A model generated the notes under the pieces. That model searched no databases, was not told the DNA's origin, and saw only the letters and a list, made by a program, of their open reading frames with translations. 64,000 nt of DNA from Fimbriimonadaceae bacterium (lineage in GTDB: Bacteria; Armatimonadota; Fimbriimonadia; Fimbriimonadales; Fimbriimonadaceae), in the NCBI GenBank assembly GCA_019638795.1, contig JAHBTB010000003.1, forward strand, positions 48,295 through 112,294, given 5' to 3'. Positions 53,455-62,071 of the stretch are shown here, in pieces. A program made the translations under genes and the position numbers. Each line of letters starts with the position of its first letter. Within the stretch, counting starts at the first letter, position 1.

Positions 53455-54885
53455 CTAGTCCCAAGATGTCTCGATCGTGTACTCGACCGTTTTGACTTCG
53501 TTGGCTGCCAAGTGGACGACGTACTCCAGGGTGTCGTTGTCCAGCCACTTCCCTTCCATGTTCTGCTTGGTGACCTTGTGCTCGCCCCAATGGCGTTCCC
53601 AAACCGTCACCGTCTCTGGCGTGTCCTTGCGGTTGCGCACCTCGATTTGGAAAGTCTCGCGGCAAGCCTTGCCCCGCCTGAGCCACTCAAAGGCGGTGCG
53701 CTTACGGTTGACCCGGACATCAAACGCCTGGCCGACGCGCAGGCTCACCTTCTCGTCCTTCGGTGTGTGGTCGATCGAGTCCTCGCCCAGCATCTGGAGC
53801 GACCCCGAACTGTCCGTTTGGAACACCTTGAAGGTGCCCTTGGGTAAGGCCAAGCCCAGCTTGTTGGCCTTCGTGTTCATGATCTCCAAAAAGATGGTCG
53901 GCTTGATGTCGCCCGTGCCCACGACGCCTTCATTGGGGTAGTAACCGCCCCGGAACGGGAACATCGCGTCGACGAGGAGCTTCTTGCTCACCTGGATGCC
54001 CGTGGACTCCAGCAGGCTGACCTGCTTCATCTCGTTGTTGCGCACCGTCGCGGGACGCGGCAGAGTGTAGAGGTGGTAGTCGCCAAACTGCTCCTCCCGC
54101 ATGTCCATCTCCTTGGCCATCACGCGACCGCCGCGTGGGGCCGCCATCTCCTGGGGCCGCGCCCGGTTGACATCACCGGCCAAAAGCTTGAGCTTGGTGT
54201 TCTCATAGCTGACCCCGGAGTTGTTCGTCAGCGTGACCCAACCCTTCAGGTCCCCGACTTTGCCGTCCTTGTCCAACGACAGGACATAGTCGCTCTTCCA
54301 CCCCATACCCTGGGTCAGGTAGCTCAACTCGATGTCGTTCCGACCGGCCTTCTCGCTGTCCAGCAGCCACATCAAAGTCGGCTTGCTGATCAGTCCGGCG
54401 GGCAACGAGTCGACCTGGACCTCGCCGCTCGGGTTCAAGAGGATCTTGCCGTCGGCGGTCTGGATGACCATGCCGTTGTAGGTGTAGTTGCTCCGGCCGT
54501 CGCCCTGGCTGACCATGGCGGTCGGTGAACTGAGCAACTTGCCCTTGACCACGTCCCGCGAGCCGTTGTCGAGAGTGCGGATGAACGTCACCTGTTGGCC
54601 GACCGCCTTGTTGAGAATGGCGATCGGGCTGACGAGGTCGTACTGGTAGTTCTGTTCGAGGACGTTGAACGAGCCCGGTGCCGAAAGGCTACGGATCGCG
54701 ACACTGTTCGCCTCGATCAACTGGGCCACGTCTTCGACGCCGACCGACTGGACTCCGGCCTTGAGGTCCAGCGTCCGGCGCTGCTTGACCAGGGCGAACC
54801 CCCCGTTGTAGATCGTGAGCTCGCTGTCGATCGGTGCGCTTGCGACGCTGGCGGCCAAAGTGACTGCTGCAGTGAACATAAGCAT
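53455..54885 (-). CDS. Secreted DUF4139 (DUF4140 N-terminal; MuiA-like) domain protein, paralogue 1
   Basis: Signal peptide MLMFTAAVTLAASVASAP. ELTIYNGGFALVK ... LEQNYQYD ... YLTQGMGWKSDYVL ... GWVTLTNNSG ... DYHLYTLPRPATVRNNEMKQV ... typical of the family. Full-length paralogue of 60628-62067. ATG at 54885. Confidence 0.8.
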   Translation of the reverse strand: MLMFTAAVTLAASVASAPIDSELTIYNGGFALVKQRRTLDLKAGVQSVGVEDVAQLIEANSVAIRSLSAPGSFNVLEQNYQYDLVSPIAILNKAVGQQVTFIRTLDNGSRDVVKGKLLSSPTAMVSQGDGRSNYTYNGMVIQTADGKILLNPSGEVQVDSLPAGLISKPTLMWLLDSEKAGRNDIELSYLTQGMGWKSDYVLSLDKDGKVGDLKGWVTLTNNSGVSYENTKLKLLAGDVNRARPQEMAAPRGGRVMAKEMDMREEQFGDYHLYTLPRPATVRNNEMKQVSLLESTGIQVSKKLLVDAMFPFRGGYYPNEGVVGTGDIKPTIFLEIMNTKANKLGLALPKGTFKVFQTDSSGSLQMLGEDSIDHTPKDEKVSLRVGQAFDVRVNRKRTAFEWLRRGKACRETFQIEVRNRKDTPETVTVWERHWGEHKVTKQNMEGKWLDNDTLEYVVHLAANEVKTVEYTIETSWD

Positions 54886-54911
54886 GCTAACCCCTCTGAC
54901 GAGTGAGCATG

Positions 54912-54926
54912 ACATCAAAGTTTGAT
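54912..54926. promoter_or_regulatory. Perfect 7-1-7 palindrome CATCAAA-g-TTTGATG upstream of DUF4139 paralogue 1
   Basis: Read directly. It lies 27-41 nt upstream of the ATG at 54885, immediately after the arsR terminator hairpin. Confidence 0.3.
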
Positions 54927-54956
54927 GGGCGGGCCATTCTGACAAATCGCCCGCCC
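54927..54956 (-). terminator. GC-rich hairpin just after the arsR-like stop
   Basis: GGGCGGGC (54927-54934) pairs with GCCCGCCC (54949-54956) around a 14-nt loop. It begins 5 nt after the stop at 54961. Only a weak U-rich tail follows on the minus strand. Confidence 0.45.
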
Positions 54957-54960
54957 CGCC

Positions 54961-55284
54961 TCATCCCTCCGAGCCTTCGACCAAGTCCCTGAGGGCGGCC
55001 AGCCGGTCGTCCCACATCCGAGCCCGCCGGGCGAGCCACTCTTGTGCGACGTCCAGCTTCTCCGGCTGCAAGGAGACCAACTGGCGACGACCGTCCTTGC
55101 GGACCGACACCAGGCCGGATGCGCGAAGCACGAGGACATGTTTGGCCACGGCCTGCCGCGTCACCGGCAAGCCTTCGGCCAAAGACGTCGCGGGTACCTG
55201 CCCCTCCCGAGCGAGGCGTTCCACGATCGTGGCCCGCACGCCGTCTCCCAAGGCGGCGAACACGGCGACAGCCTCGGCGCTCAT
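54961..55284 (-). CDS. ArsR/SmtB family transcriptional regulator (no obvious metal-sensing Cys/His)
   Basis: ALGDGVRATIVERLAREGQVPATSLAEGLPVTRQAVAKHVLVLRASGLVSVRKDGR is an ArsR wHTH. ATG at 55284 overlaps the SRPBCC stop (ATGA). No Cys residues. Confidence 0.88.
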   Translation of the reverse strand: MSAEAVAVFAALGDGVRATIVERLAREGQVPATSLAEGLPVTRQAVAKHVLVLRASGLVSVRKDGRRQLVSLQPEKLDVAQEWLARRARMWDDRLAALRDLVEGSEG

Positions 55285-55724
55285 TGCGTCTCGACCGAAG
55301 CGACCAGTTCGCCAAGCTCCATCGTCCACCCTTCCTCGTGGTCGGGAAACTCCTTGGCATAGTCATCTTCGCTCATGTTGTTGTAGCCGGTCTCAAGCAC
55401 TTTGAGGAGAGTGCCTTCGGCGTGGTCGAACACCTCGAACGTGACACGGAGGGCAAAGTCGTCCAGGGTCGGGTCCGCGGTCTCTTCGGAGTACCGTGTC
55501 CAAGCGAACGAGACCCGCTCGTCGCTGATCTCGGTCGGGATGGCCGGAATCTCGCCGTACCCGTCGAAGTAGAACCAGACGGTCTTGCCGACCTCCCACT
55601 CGCCACGCCAACTGTTGAAAAACCACTTGGCCATGCCGTCGGGATGACGGACAGACTCCCAGACGCGCTCGCGGGGAGCCTTGATGATGATCTCTCTACC
55701 GATGAAGTCAGTGCGTGTCTTCAT
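55281..55724 (-). CDS. SRPBCC (AHSA1/START-like) domain protein
   Basis: IIIKAPRERVWESVRHPDGMAKWF ... typical of AHSA1-type SRPBCC proteins, which are commonly paired with ArsR regulators. ATG at 55724. Confidence 0.82.
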   Translation of the reverse strand: MKTRTDFIGREIIIKAPRERVWESVRHPDGMAKWFFNSWRGEWEVGKTVWFYFDGYGEIPAIPTEISDERVSFAWTRYSEETADPTLDDFALRVTFEVFDHAEGTLLKVLETGYNNMSEDDYAKEFPDHEEGWTMELGELVASVETQ

Positions 55725-55752
55725 ATGCAACTCTATGGTTGCATATGAAGAC
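55717..55752. promoter_or_regulatory. Perfect 15-6-15 inverted repeat GTCTTCATATGCAAC-tctatg-GTTGCATATGAAGAC, candidate operator of the SRPBCC-arsR operon
   Basis: Read directly. The left arm covers the SRPBCC start codon (55722-55724). No U-tract follows, so a terminator role for the upstream gene is less likely. Confidence 0.5.
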
Positions 55753-55787
55753 AGCACGTGTCAAGTCCAGGCCGCAGACCGGCGGGC

Positions 55788-56309
55788 CTACTTCTTCTTG
55801 ACGTTGCCTTTCATCACCTGGACCCACTTGTCGCCTTGCTTGAACTCCAGGATGATCGTGATCTCGGTGTCGGAGACCTTCTTCATCGTCGAGCGGCTGG
55901 TGGTGGGTTCGGGCATCCCCGGAACGTCCCAAGGTTTGCTTACGGTGACAAGCGCACCGTCCTTGTACTCGCCTTCCTCGACGCGGGGCGTGTCGGCCAT
56001 GTCGGTGTACGAACTCATCCCGTACTTCTTCGCCTTGGCGTCCCAGTGGAGGTAGGTCACCTCGTTGAGCTTGAAGAAGCCCATGTCGTTGACCGAGACC
56101 ATCTTGATGAACTTCATGTCCATGGTCACCGTGACGCTGACTTGGACGTCCGCCTTCTGGCCTTCCATGTCCATGGCCGAGGTGCCCGTCCAGGTGCCGA
56201 CTAACCAGGAGAGGTCTTTGATCTCCTTGGGCGGCTCTTGGTCCGGGGCTTGGGCGAAGCTGGCAGCGACGAGGCATGTAAGGGCGAGGGCAGAAAGAAC
56301 CTTTCGCAT
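55788..56309 (-). CDS. Secreted hypothetical protein (DUF1579/lipocalin-like suspected)
   Basis: ATG at 56309. Signal peptide MRKVLSALALTCLVAASFAQA, then LSWLVGTWTG ... The rest of the 623-aa track ORF (to 57659) is antisense to the mqn gene and was rejected. Confidence 0.65.
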   Translation of the reverse strand: MRKVLSALALTCLVAASFAQAPDQEPPKEIKDLSWLVGTWTGTSAMDMEGQKADVQVSVTVTMDMKFIKMVSVNDMGFFKLNEVTYLHWDAKAKKYGMSSYTDMADTPRVEEGEYKDGALVTVSKPWDVPGMPEPTTSRSTMKKVSDTEITIILEFKQGDKWVQVMKGNVKKK

Positions 56310-56411
56310 GGCGGCGACTTTACCCGGACTCTGTCGCAAATAGTAGACATTCATTGCTCTTTTTGCCCTAACGTCAAATGTGCCGTCCGTGCCAAGATCA
56401 CATGAGTCGCC

Positions 56412-57551
56412 ATGGCTTCCACCGCACTCCCTCCCGTCAGCATCGAGAGCATCGCCGACAAGGTCTATGCCGGTGAGCGCGTCGACGCCACGGACGCGAC
56501 GTTTCTGTTCAACCATCCCAGCTTGGTCGACCTCGCCGCCCTTGCCGACGAACGGCGCAAGTGGGCCCTGAGCGGTCGCGGTGCGGGCACACCGATGGTC
56601 GACGCCCCGGGCGGACCGGTCGACCGGACCAAGACGGTCAGCTACCTGATCGGCCGCATCCTCAACTACACCAACGTCTGCTGGGTGCGTTGCCGGTTTT
56701 GCGCGTTCTATCGCGTCCCCGGCCACGCCGAAGGCTACACACTGACCGACGAGGAGATCCTTGAGAAGGTCGGTGACACCGTCGCCCAGGGGGGGACGGA
56801 GATCTTGTTCCAGGGCGGCCTCAACCCCAAGCTCAAGATCGACTACTACGAGCGTGTCTTCTCCCTCATCAAGTCGCGGTACCCCGACGTCGTCCTGCAC
56901 GCCCTGTCGCCGGCCGAAGTCATCTACATCGCCCACATCAGCAAGCTGACCCTGGAGCAGACTCTGGAACGGCTCAAGGCGGTCGGCCACCACTCGATCC
57001 CCGGGGCGGGCGGAGAGATCCTCGTCGACCGCGTGCGCAAGATCATCGCGCCCTACAAAGACACGACCGACGAGTGGCTGGACTGCATGCGCACCGCCTC
57101 CCGGCTCGGGATGCGGTCGACCGCTTCGATGATGTTCGGCCACGTCGAGACGATGGAAGACCGGGTCGAACACCTCGGCCGCATCCGCGACCTCCAGGAC
57201 GAGTGCCAACCGTTCCGGGCCTTCGTCACATGGTCGTTCCAGCCCGAGGAGACTAATCTGCCCATCCCGCGCAAGGCGTCGTCCTTCGACTACCTGCGGA
57301 CACTGGCCGTCTCGCGCATCTTCCTCGACAACTTCGACAACGTGCAGCTCTCGATCCTGACCCAGGGGCCCAAGATCGCCCAGCTCGGGCTGGGCTACGG
57401 GGCCAATGACTTCGGCTCGACGATGATCGAGGAAAACGTCGTCTCGGCGGCGGGCAACAAGTTCATCCTCAATGCCGAGGAGTTCACCCGGCTCATCCAT
57501 GAGGCCGGGTTTGAGGCCCGCCAGCGGAACACGCGGTACGAGTACTTGTAG
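56412..57551 (+). CDS. mqnC: Radical SAM menaquinone (futalosine pathway) enzyme, MqnC-like (MqnE not excluded)
   Basis: NYTNVCWVRCRFCAFYR (CxxxCxxC), GGTEILFQGG, IEENVVSAAG and a C-terminal RNTRYEYL. The family is clear. The MqnC vs MqnE call rests on my recollection that MqnC has FCAFYR...HAEGY. Confidence 0.7.
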   Translation: MASTALPPVSIESIADKVYAGERVDATDATFLFNHPSLVDLAALADERRKWALSGRGAGTPMVDAPGGPVDRTKTVSYLIGRILNYTNVCWVRCRFCAFYRVPGHAEGYTLTDEEILEKVGDTVAQGGTEILFQGGLNPKLKIDYYERVFSLIKSRYPDVVLHALSPAEVIYIAHISKLTLEQTLERLKAVGHHSIPGAGGEILVDRVRKIIAPYKDTTDEWLDCMRTASRLGMRSTASMMFGHVETMEDRVEHLGRIRDLQDECQPFRAFVTWSFQPEETNLPIPRKASSFDYLRTLAVSRIFLDNFDNVQLSILTQGPKIAQLGLGYGANDFGSTMIEENVVSAAGNKFILNAEEFTRLIHEAGFEARQRNTRYEYL

Positions 57552-57670
57552 CTCTTGGCGTAGACGGGCCCAGGAGGGGGCGTCCTTCTTTGACTCGTCG
57601 CGGCCCACCGGCCCTCGGTGTGACCCCTGACGGGTCGGCCACCACCCGATCAGCCACAATCAACCCCGTC

Positions 57671-58951
57671 GTGAGCAGCACAGTGCAGGTCGGGAAGGTG
57701 CCGAAACTCCAGGGAGAAGTCAGGCCCCCGAGTGACAAGTCCCTCACCCACCGGGCATACCTCTTCGGCGCGATGGGGCGCGGCGAGACCGTCGTCGAGA
57801 ACCCGTTGGAGGGCGAGGACTGCGAGGCGACGCTGCGGATCGTCGGCCAGATGGGGGTCTCCCACCAACGCAAAAAGGGTCGGACGCACATCCTGGGCCG
57901 CGAGGACTGGCAGACCCCGACCGAAGAACTCGATTGCGGCAACAGCGGGACCACGATGCGGTTGCTGGCCGGTGCCTTGGCCGGCCGGCCGGGCCTGTCC
58001 GCCACCCTGGTCGGCGACTCCAGCTTGAGCAAGCGGCCGATGGGCCGTGTCGTGAAGCCCCTCGCCGCGATGGGCGCCCAAATCGACGGCGAGAAGGCGC
58101 CTCTTCGCGTCCACGGCACTCACCTCCGTGGCGTCCGCCACACCAGCCCAGTGGCGAGCGCCCAGGTCAAGAGTTGCCTGCTCATTGCCGGGCTGCGCGC
58201 CGAAGGCGAGACCTGGGTGACCGAACCCAGCCTGAGCCGCGACCACACCGAGCGGATGTTCACCGCCCTGGGCGTGCCGCTCTTGCGCGAGGACGGCCTC
58301 ACCGTCGGGGTCAAGGCGGCGGGCTGGGACGGCTTCAAGTTCCGTGTGCCCGGCGACATCAGCAGCGCCGCCTTTTGGCTCGTCGCCGCCGCCGTCGTCC
58401 CCGGATCGGAGGTGACGCTGAAGGACGTGGGGCTGAACCCGACGCGGACAGGCGTCCTCGACGTGCTGAGGCAGGCCCAAGCCGGTGTCGGGGTCTATCC
58501 CACCGGCGACGAGCTCGGCGAACCGGTCGGCGTCGTCGAGGTCCACTTTGTCCAGGACCTGCGGCCCTTCACCATCGAGGGGGCGCTTGTCCCCCGTCTG
58601 ATCGACGAGATACCGGTGCTCGCCGTCCTCGCCACCCAATGCCACGGCACCACTGTGGTCCGCGACGCGCAAGAGATGCGGGTGAAGGAGACCGACCGCA
58701 TCGCCAAGGTCACGGAAGGGCTGCGGGCGATGGGCGCCGACATCGAGGCGACCGACGACGGCTTCGTGGTCAACGGCCCGACCCGGCTCAAGGCGGCCAG
58801 GATCGAGGCTGCCGAAGACCACCGGATCGCGATGACGTTCGCCGTGGCGGGCATGATCGCCGAAGGAACGACCACAATTGATGGCGCGGAGAGCATTTTG
58901 ACCAGCTACCCGACCTTTTGGGACCACTTTCATGCCCTCGCGACGCGCTGA
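57671..58951 (+). CDS. aroA: 3-phosphoshikimate 1-carboxyvinyltransferase (EPSP synthase)
   Basis: PPSDKSLTHRA, LDCGNSGTTMRLLAG, SAQVKSCLLIAGL and a DHRIAMTFAVAG C-terminal motif. GTG at 57671 is preferred; the track start at 57590 adds 27 non-conserved residues. Confidence 0.92.
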   Translation: MSSTVQVGKVPKLQGEVRPPSDKSLTHRAYLFGAMGRGETVVENPLEGEDCEATLRIVGQMGVSHQRKKGRTHILGREDWQTPTEELDCGNSGTTMRLLAGALAGRPGLSATLVGDSSLSKRPMGRVVKPLAAMGAQIDGEKAPLRVHGTHLRGVRHTSPVASAQVKSCLLIAGLRAEGETWVTEPSLSRDHTERMFTALGVPLLREDGLTVGVKAAGWDGFKFRVPGDISSAAFWLVAAAVVPGSEVTLKDVGLNPTRTGVLDVLRQAQAGVGVYPTGDELGEPVGVVEVHFVQDLRPFTIEGALVPRLIDEIPVLAVLATQCHGTTVVRDAQEMRVKETDRIAKVTEGLRAMGADIEATDDGFVVNGPTRLKAARIEAAEDHRIAMTFAVAGMIAEGTTTIDGAESILTSYPTFWDHFHALATR

Positions 58952-59645
58952 ACTCCTCGTTGCCATCGACGGCCCCGCCGGGGCGGGCAAGTCCACCGTC
59001 GCCAAGATCTTGGCCGAGCGACTATCTCTGAAGATGCTGGACACCGGCGCGATGTACCGGGCCGTCGCGCTCAAGTGCCTGCGCCAGGCGATCGACCTTA
59101 GCGTCATCGACGAGCATGGGCCGGACTCGGCCCCGACCGTCGACCGGGTCGTCGCCCTTACCGCTTCCACCCACCTGGAGTTCGGACCGGGCGACCCCGC
59201 CCCGGTCCTTCTGGACGGCGAGGACGTCAGCGGGCTGATCCGAAGCCTGGAGGTCAGCGAGGCGGCCAGTCGCATCAGTGTGGTGCCCGGGGTCCGGCGT
59301 CAACTGGCGGGAGCCCAGAGCCGGATCGTGGAACCGGGCGGGTTCGTCTTGGAGGGACGCGACGTGACGACGGTCGTCGCCCCCAGCGCCGACCTCAAGG
59401 TCTTCCTGACCGCCAGCATCGAGGAACGCGCCCGCCGTCGCTGGCTGGAGTTCCGGGCCAAGGGTATGGACGTGGCCCTGAGCAAGGTCGTCCTCGAAGT
59501 CGTCGAGCGTGATTGGCGCGACTACAAGCGCGAGGACTCCCCGCTGATGCTCGCTGCCGACGCCCACATCGTCGAGTCGTACGGCAAGACACCGGACGAG
59601 GTGGCGGGCGAGGTCGTCCGGCTCTTGACCCCCGACGTCCGCTGA
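58932..59645 (+). CDS. cmk: Cytidylate kinase
   Basis: VAIDGPAGAGKSTVAK P-loop, LDTGAMYRA, GRDVTTVV. The start overlaps the aroA 3' end by 20 nt. Confidence 0.92.
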   Translation: MPSRRAELLVAIDGPAGAGKSTVAKILAERLSLKMLDTGAMYRAVALKCLRQAIDLSVIDEHGPDSAPTVDRVVALTASTHLEFGPGDPAPVLLDGEDVSGLIRSLEVSEAASRISVVPGVRRQLAGAQSRIVEPGGFVLEGRDVTTVVAPSADLKVFLTASIEERARRRWLEFRAKGMDVALSKVVLEVVERDWRDYKREDSPLMLAADAHIVESYGKTPDEVAGEVVRLLTPDVR

Positions 59646-59665
59646 CTGTCCAGTACACTCCGCCC

Positions 59666-60571
59666 ATGGGCGCGTTCTTCGGCCCCCGCGACTGGGGCAC
59701 GTTGATGACGGCGATGCTGACTCCGTTCGACAAGAACGGGGCGGTGGACTACGACTTGGCGGGACAGGTCGCCACGCACCTTGTTGACAAACAAAAGAAC
59801 GACGGCATCGTCGTGAACGGCACGACGGGAGAGTCGCCCACCCTTACCGAGTATGAAAAGCTCCGGCTGCTCGAAGTCGTCTTGGAAGCCGTCGGCGGAC
59901 GGGCCGCCGTCGTCTTCGGGGCCGGCACCTACAACACTGCCGAGAGCGTCCTGATGGCCAAGGAGGCCGAACACCGGGGTGCGCACGGCCTGATGTTCGT
60001 CAACCCGTACTACAGCCGCCCGGGCCAGGCCGGCCTGGAGGCCCACTTCCGCGCCTGCGCCGCCGCCACGGGGTTGCCGGTGATGCTCTACAACATCCAG
60101 CCGCGGTCGGCGATCAACCTGGACACCGACACCCTGCTCCGCCTGGCCGACGTGCCGAACATTGTCGCGGTCAAGGAGGCGAGCGGAAACATCGGCCAGA
60201 TCACCGACGTTTGCGCCAAGGCCCCGGATGGCTTCCGGGTCTATTCCGGTGACGACGCTTTGACCCCGGCCGTCCTGGCGGTGGGGGGGCACGGCTTGGT
60301 CAGCGTGGCCGCCCACGTCGTCGGCGCGGAATTGAAGGAAGTGATCGAGGCCTTTGCCAGCGACCCTGGGCGGTCGGTCACGGTGTTCAGGCGGATCCTG
60401 CCCGTGCTCCGCGCCCTCTTCAGCGCACCGTCGCCCGTACCGGTCAAGTACGCCTTGGCCCGGACGGCCGGCTTCGCGTGTGAGGCGGTCCGGCTCCCCC
60501 TGGTGGAACTGTCAGGGGCCGAAAAGCAGGTCGTGGACCAGGCGTTGGCCTTGCTGGCCGTCGGTGCTTAG
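59666..60571 (+). CDS. dapA: 4-hydroxy-tetrahydrodipicolinate synthase
   Basis: TAMLTPF ... VVNGTTGESPTLT ... YNIQPRS ... AVKEASG (active-site Lys region). ATG at 59666; the track's extension from 59513 was rejected. Confidence 0.9.
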   Translation: MGAFFGPRDWGTLMTAMLTPFDKNGAVDYDLAGQVATHLVDKQKNDGIVVNGTTGESPTLTEYEKLRLLEVVLEAVGGRAAVVFGAGTYNTAESVLMAKEAEHRGAHGLMFVNPYYSRPGQAGLEAHFRACAAATGLPVMLYNIQPRSAINLDTDTLLRLADVPNIVAVKEASGNIGQITDVCAKAPDGFRVYSGDDALTPAVLAVGGHGLVSVAAHVVGAELKEVIEAFASDPGRSVTVFRRILPVLRALFSAPSPVPVKYALARTAGFACEAVRLPLVELSGAEKQVVDQALALLAVGA

Positions 60572-60627
60572 GGCCCGAGAAAAAAATCCAAAGCGCGGGG
60601 ACGGGGTCGTCCGTCAGAGTTGACGAG

Positions 60628-62067
60628 ATGGTTTTATTGTCTACCGCGATCACTCTTGCTGCCGCTATCGCCAGTGCCCCCGAGAGTTCGGAGCTCACCA
60701 TTTACAACGGTGGCTTCGCCTTGGTCAAGGAGCACCGGTCCCTCGACCTCAAGGCAGGTGTCCAGTCCGTGGGGGTCGAAGACGTCGCCCAGCAGATCGA
60801 GGCGAACAGTGTGGCGATCAAGAGCCTGTCCGCCCCCGGGTCGTTCAACGTGTTGGAACAGAACTACCAGTACGACCTGATCAGCCCGGCGGCCATCCTC
60901 CAGAAAGCAGTCGGACAACCGGTCACGTTTATCCGCACGTTCGACAACGGCAAGAAGGACGTCGTCCACGGCACGTTGCTCAGTTCCCCCATGGCGGTGG
61001 TCAGCATGGGCAACGGTGCCAGCACAAACATCTACAACGGCATGGTCATCCGCACCGACGACGGCAAGATCCTCTTGAACCCGGTCGGCGAGATCCAGGT
61101 GGACAAGTTGCCCGCCGGACTGATCAGCAAACCGACCCTGATGTGGATGTTGGACAGCGAGAAGGCGGGCCGCAACAACATCGAGCTGCGCTATTTGACC
61201 CGCGGAATGTCGTGGCAAAGCGACTACGTGCTGTCCCTTGACAAGGACGGCCGAGTGGGCGACCTTCAGGGCTGGGTCACCTTGACGAACAACTCCGGCG
61301 CCACATTTGAAAACACCAAGCTCAAGCTTGTCGCAGGCGACGTCAACCGCGTGGTCCAACAAATGGGGATGGGCGGACTTGGCGGCGGTGGGTTCGGTGC
61401 GGCCAAGCCGGCTGCGCCGCCCATGACGCAGGAGCAGTTCGCCGACTACCACCTGTACACCCTGACCAGGCCAGCCACCGTCCGCAACAACGAGATGAAG
61501 CAGGTCAGCCTCCTGGAGGCGTCGGGCGTCAAGGTCACCAAGAAGCTGCTTGTCGACGCGATGTGGGGGATGGGCACGGTCTATCCGAACGAAGGCGTCG
61601 TCGGCACCGGCCCGATCAAACCCGTCATCTTCCTTCAGATCAAGAACTCGAAGGAGAACCAGCTGGGTATGCCGCTTCCGAAGGGCACCTTCAAGGTCTT
61701 CCAGACCGACAGCTCAGGATCCCTGCAGATGCTCGGCGAGGACGCGATCGACCACACGCCGAAGGAAGAAGAGGTCAGCCTCCGCGTCGGTAACGCCTTC
61801 GACATCGTCGTCGAACGCAAACGCACGAGCTTCGAGTGGATCCGCCGCGGCTGGGCCGCCCGCGAGTCCTTTGAGATCGAACTGCGCAACCGCAAGGAGA
61901 CCCCGGAGACGGTGCATGTGTGGGAGCGGCACTGGGGCGACCACAAGGTCATCAAGCAGAGCATGGACGGCAAGTGGCTCGATTCTCAGATCTACGAGTT
62001 TGTCGTGGACCTGAAGCCGAACGAAGTGAAAACGGTGACCTACACGATCGAGACCGAGTGGGACTGA
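60628..62067 (+). CDS. Secreted DUF4139 (DUF4140 N-terminal; MuiA-like) domain protein, paralogue 2
   Basis: Signal peptide MVLLSTAITLAAAIASAP. Collinear with 53455-54885 over the whole length. Contains a Gly-rich insert (GMGGLGGGGFGAAKPAAPP) where paralogue 1 has a charged segment. Confidence 0.8.
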   Translation: MVLLSTAITLAAAIASAPESSELTIYNGGFALVKEHRSLDLKAGVQSVGVEDVAQQIEANSVAIKSLSAPGSFNVLEQNYQYDLISPAAILQKAVGQPVTFIRTFDNGKKDVVHGTLLSSPMAVVSMGNGASTNIYNGMVIRTDDGKILLNPVGEIQVDKLPAGLISKPTLMWMLDSEKAGRNNIELRYLTRGMSWQSDYVLSLDKDGRVGDLQGWVTLTNNSGATFENTKLKLVAGDVNRVVQQMGMGGLGGGGFGAAKPAAPPMTQEQFADYHLYTLTRPATVRNNEMKQVSLLEASGVKVTKKLLVDAMWGMGTVYPNEGVVGTGPIKPVIFLQIKNSKENQLGMPLPKGTFKVFQTDSSGSLQMLGEDAIDHTPKEEEVSLRVGNAFDIVVERKRTSFEWIRRGWAARESFEIELRNRKETPETVHVWERHWGDHKVIKQSMDGKWLDSQIYEFVVDLKPNEVKTVTYTIETEWD

Positions 62068-62071
62068 GCCT

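Noticed and set aside
55788-57659. 623-aa minus-strand ORF.
   Set aside because: Only the last 173 codons (from ATG at 56309, with a signal peptide) look like a real protein. The upstream part is antisense to the radical SAM mqn gene and has reverse-frame composition.
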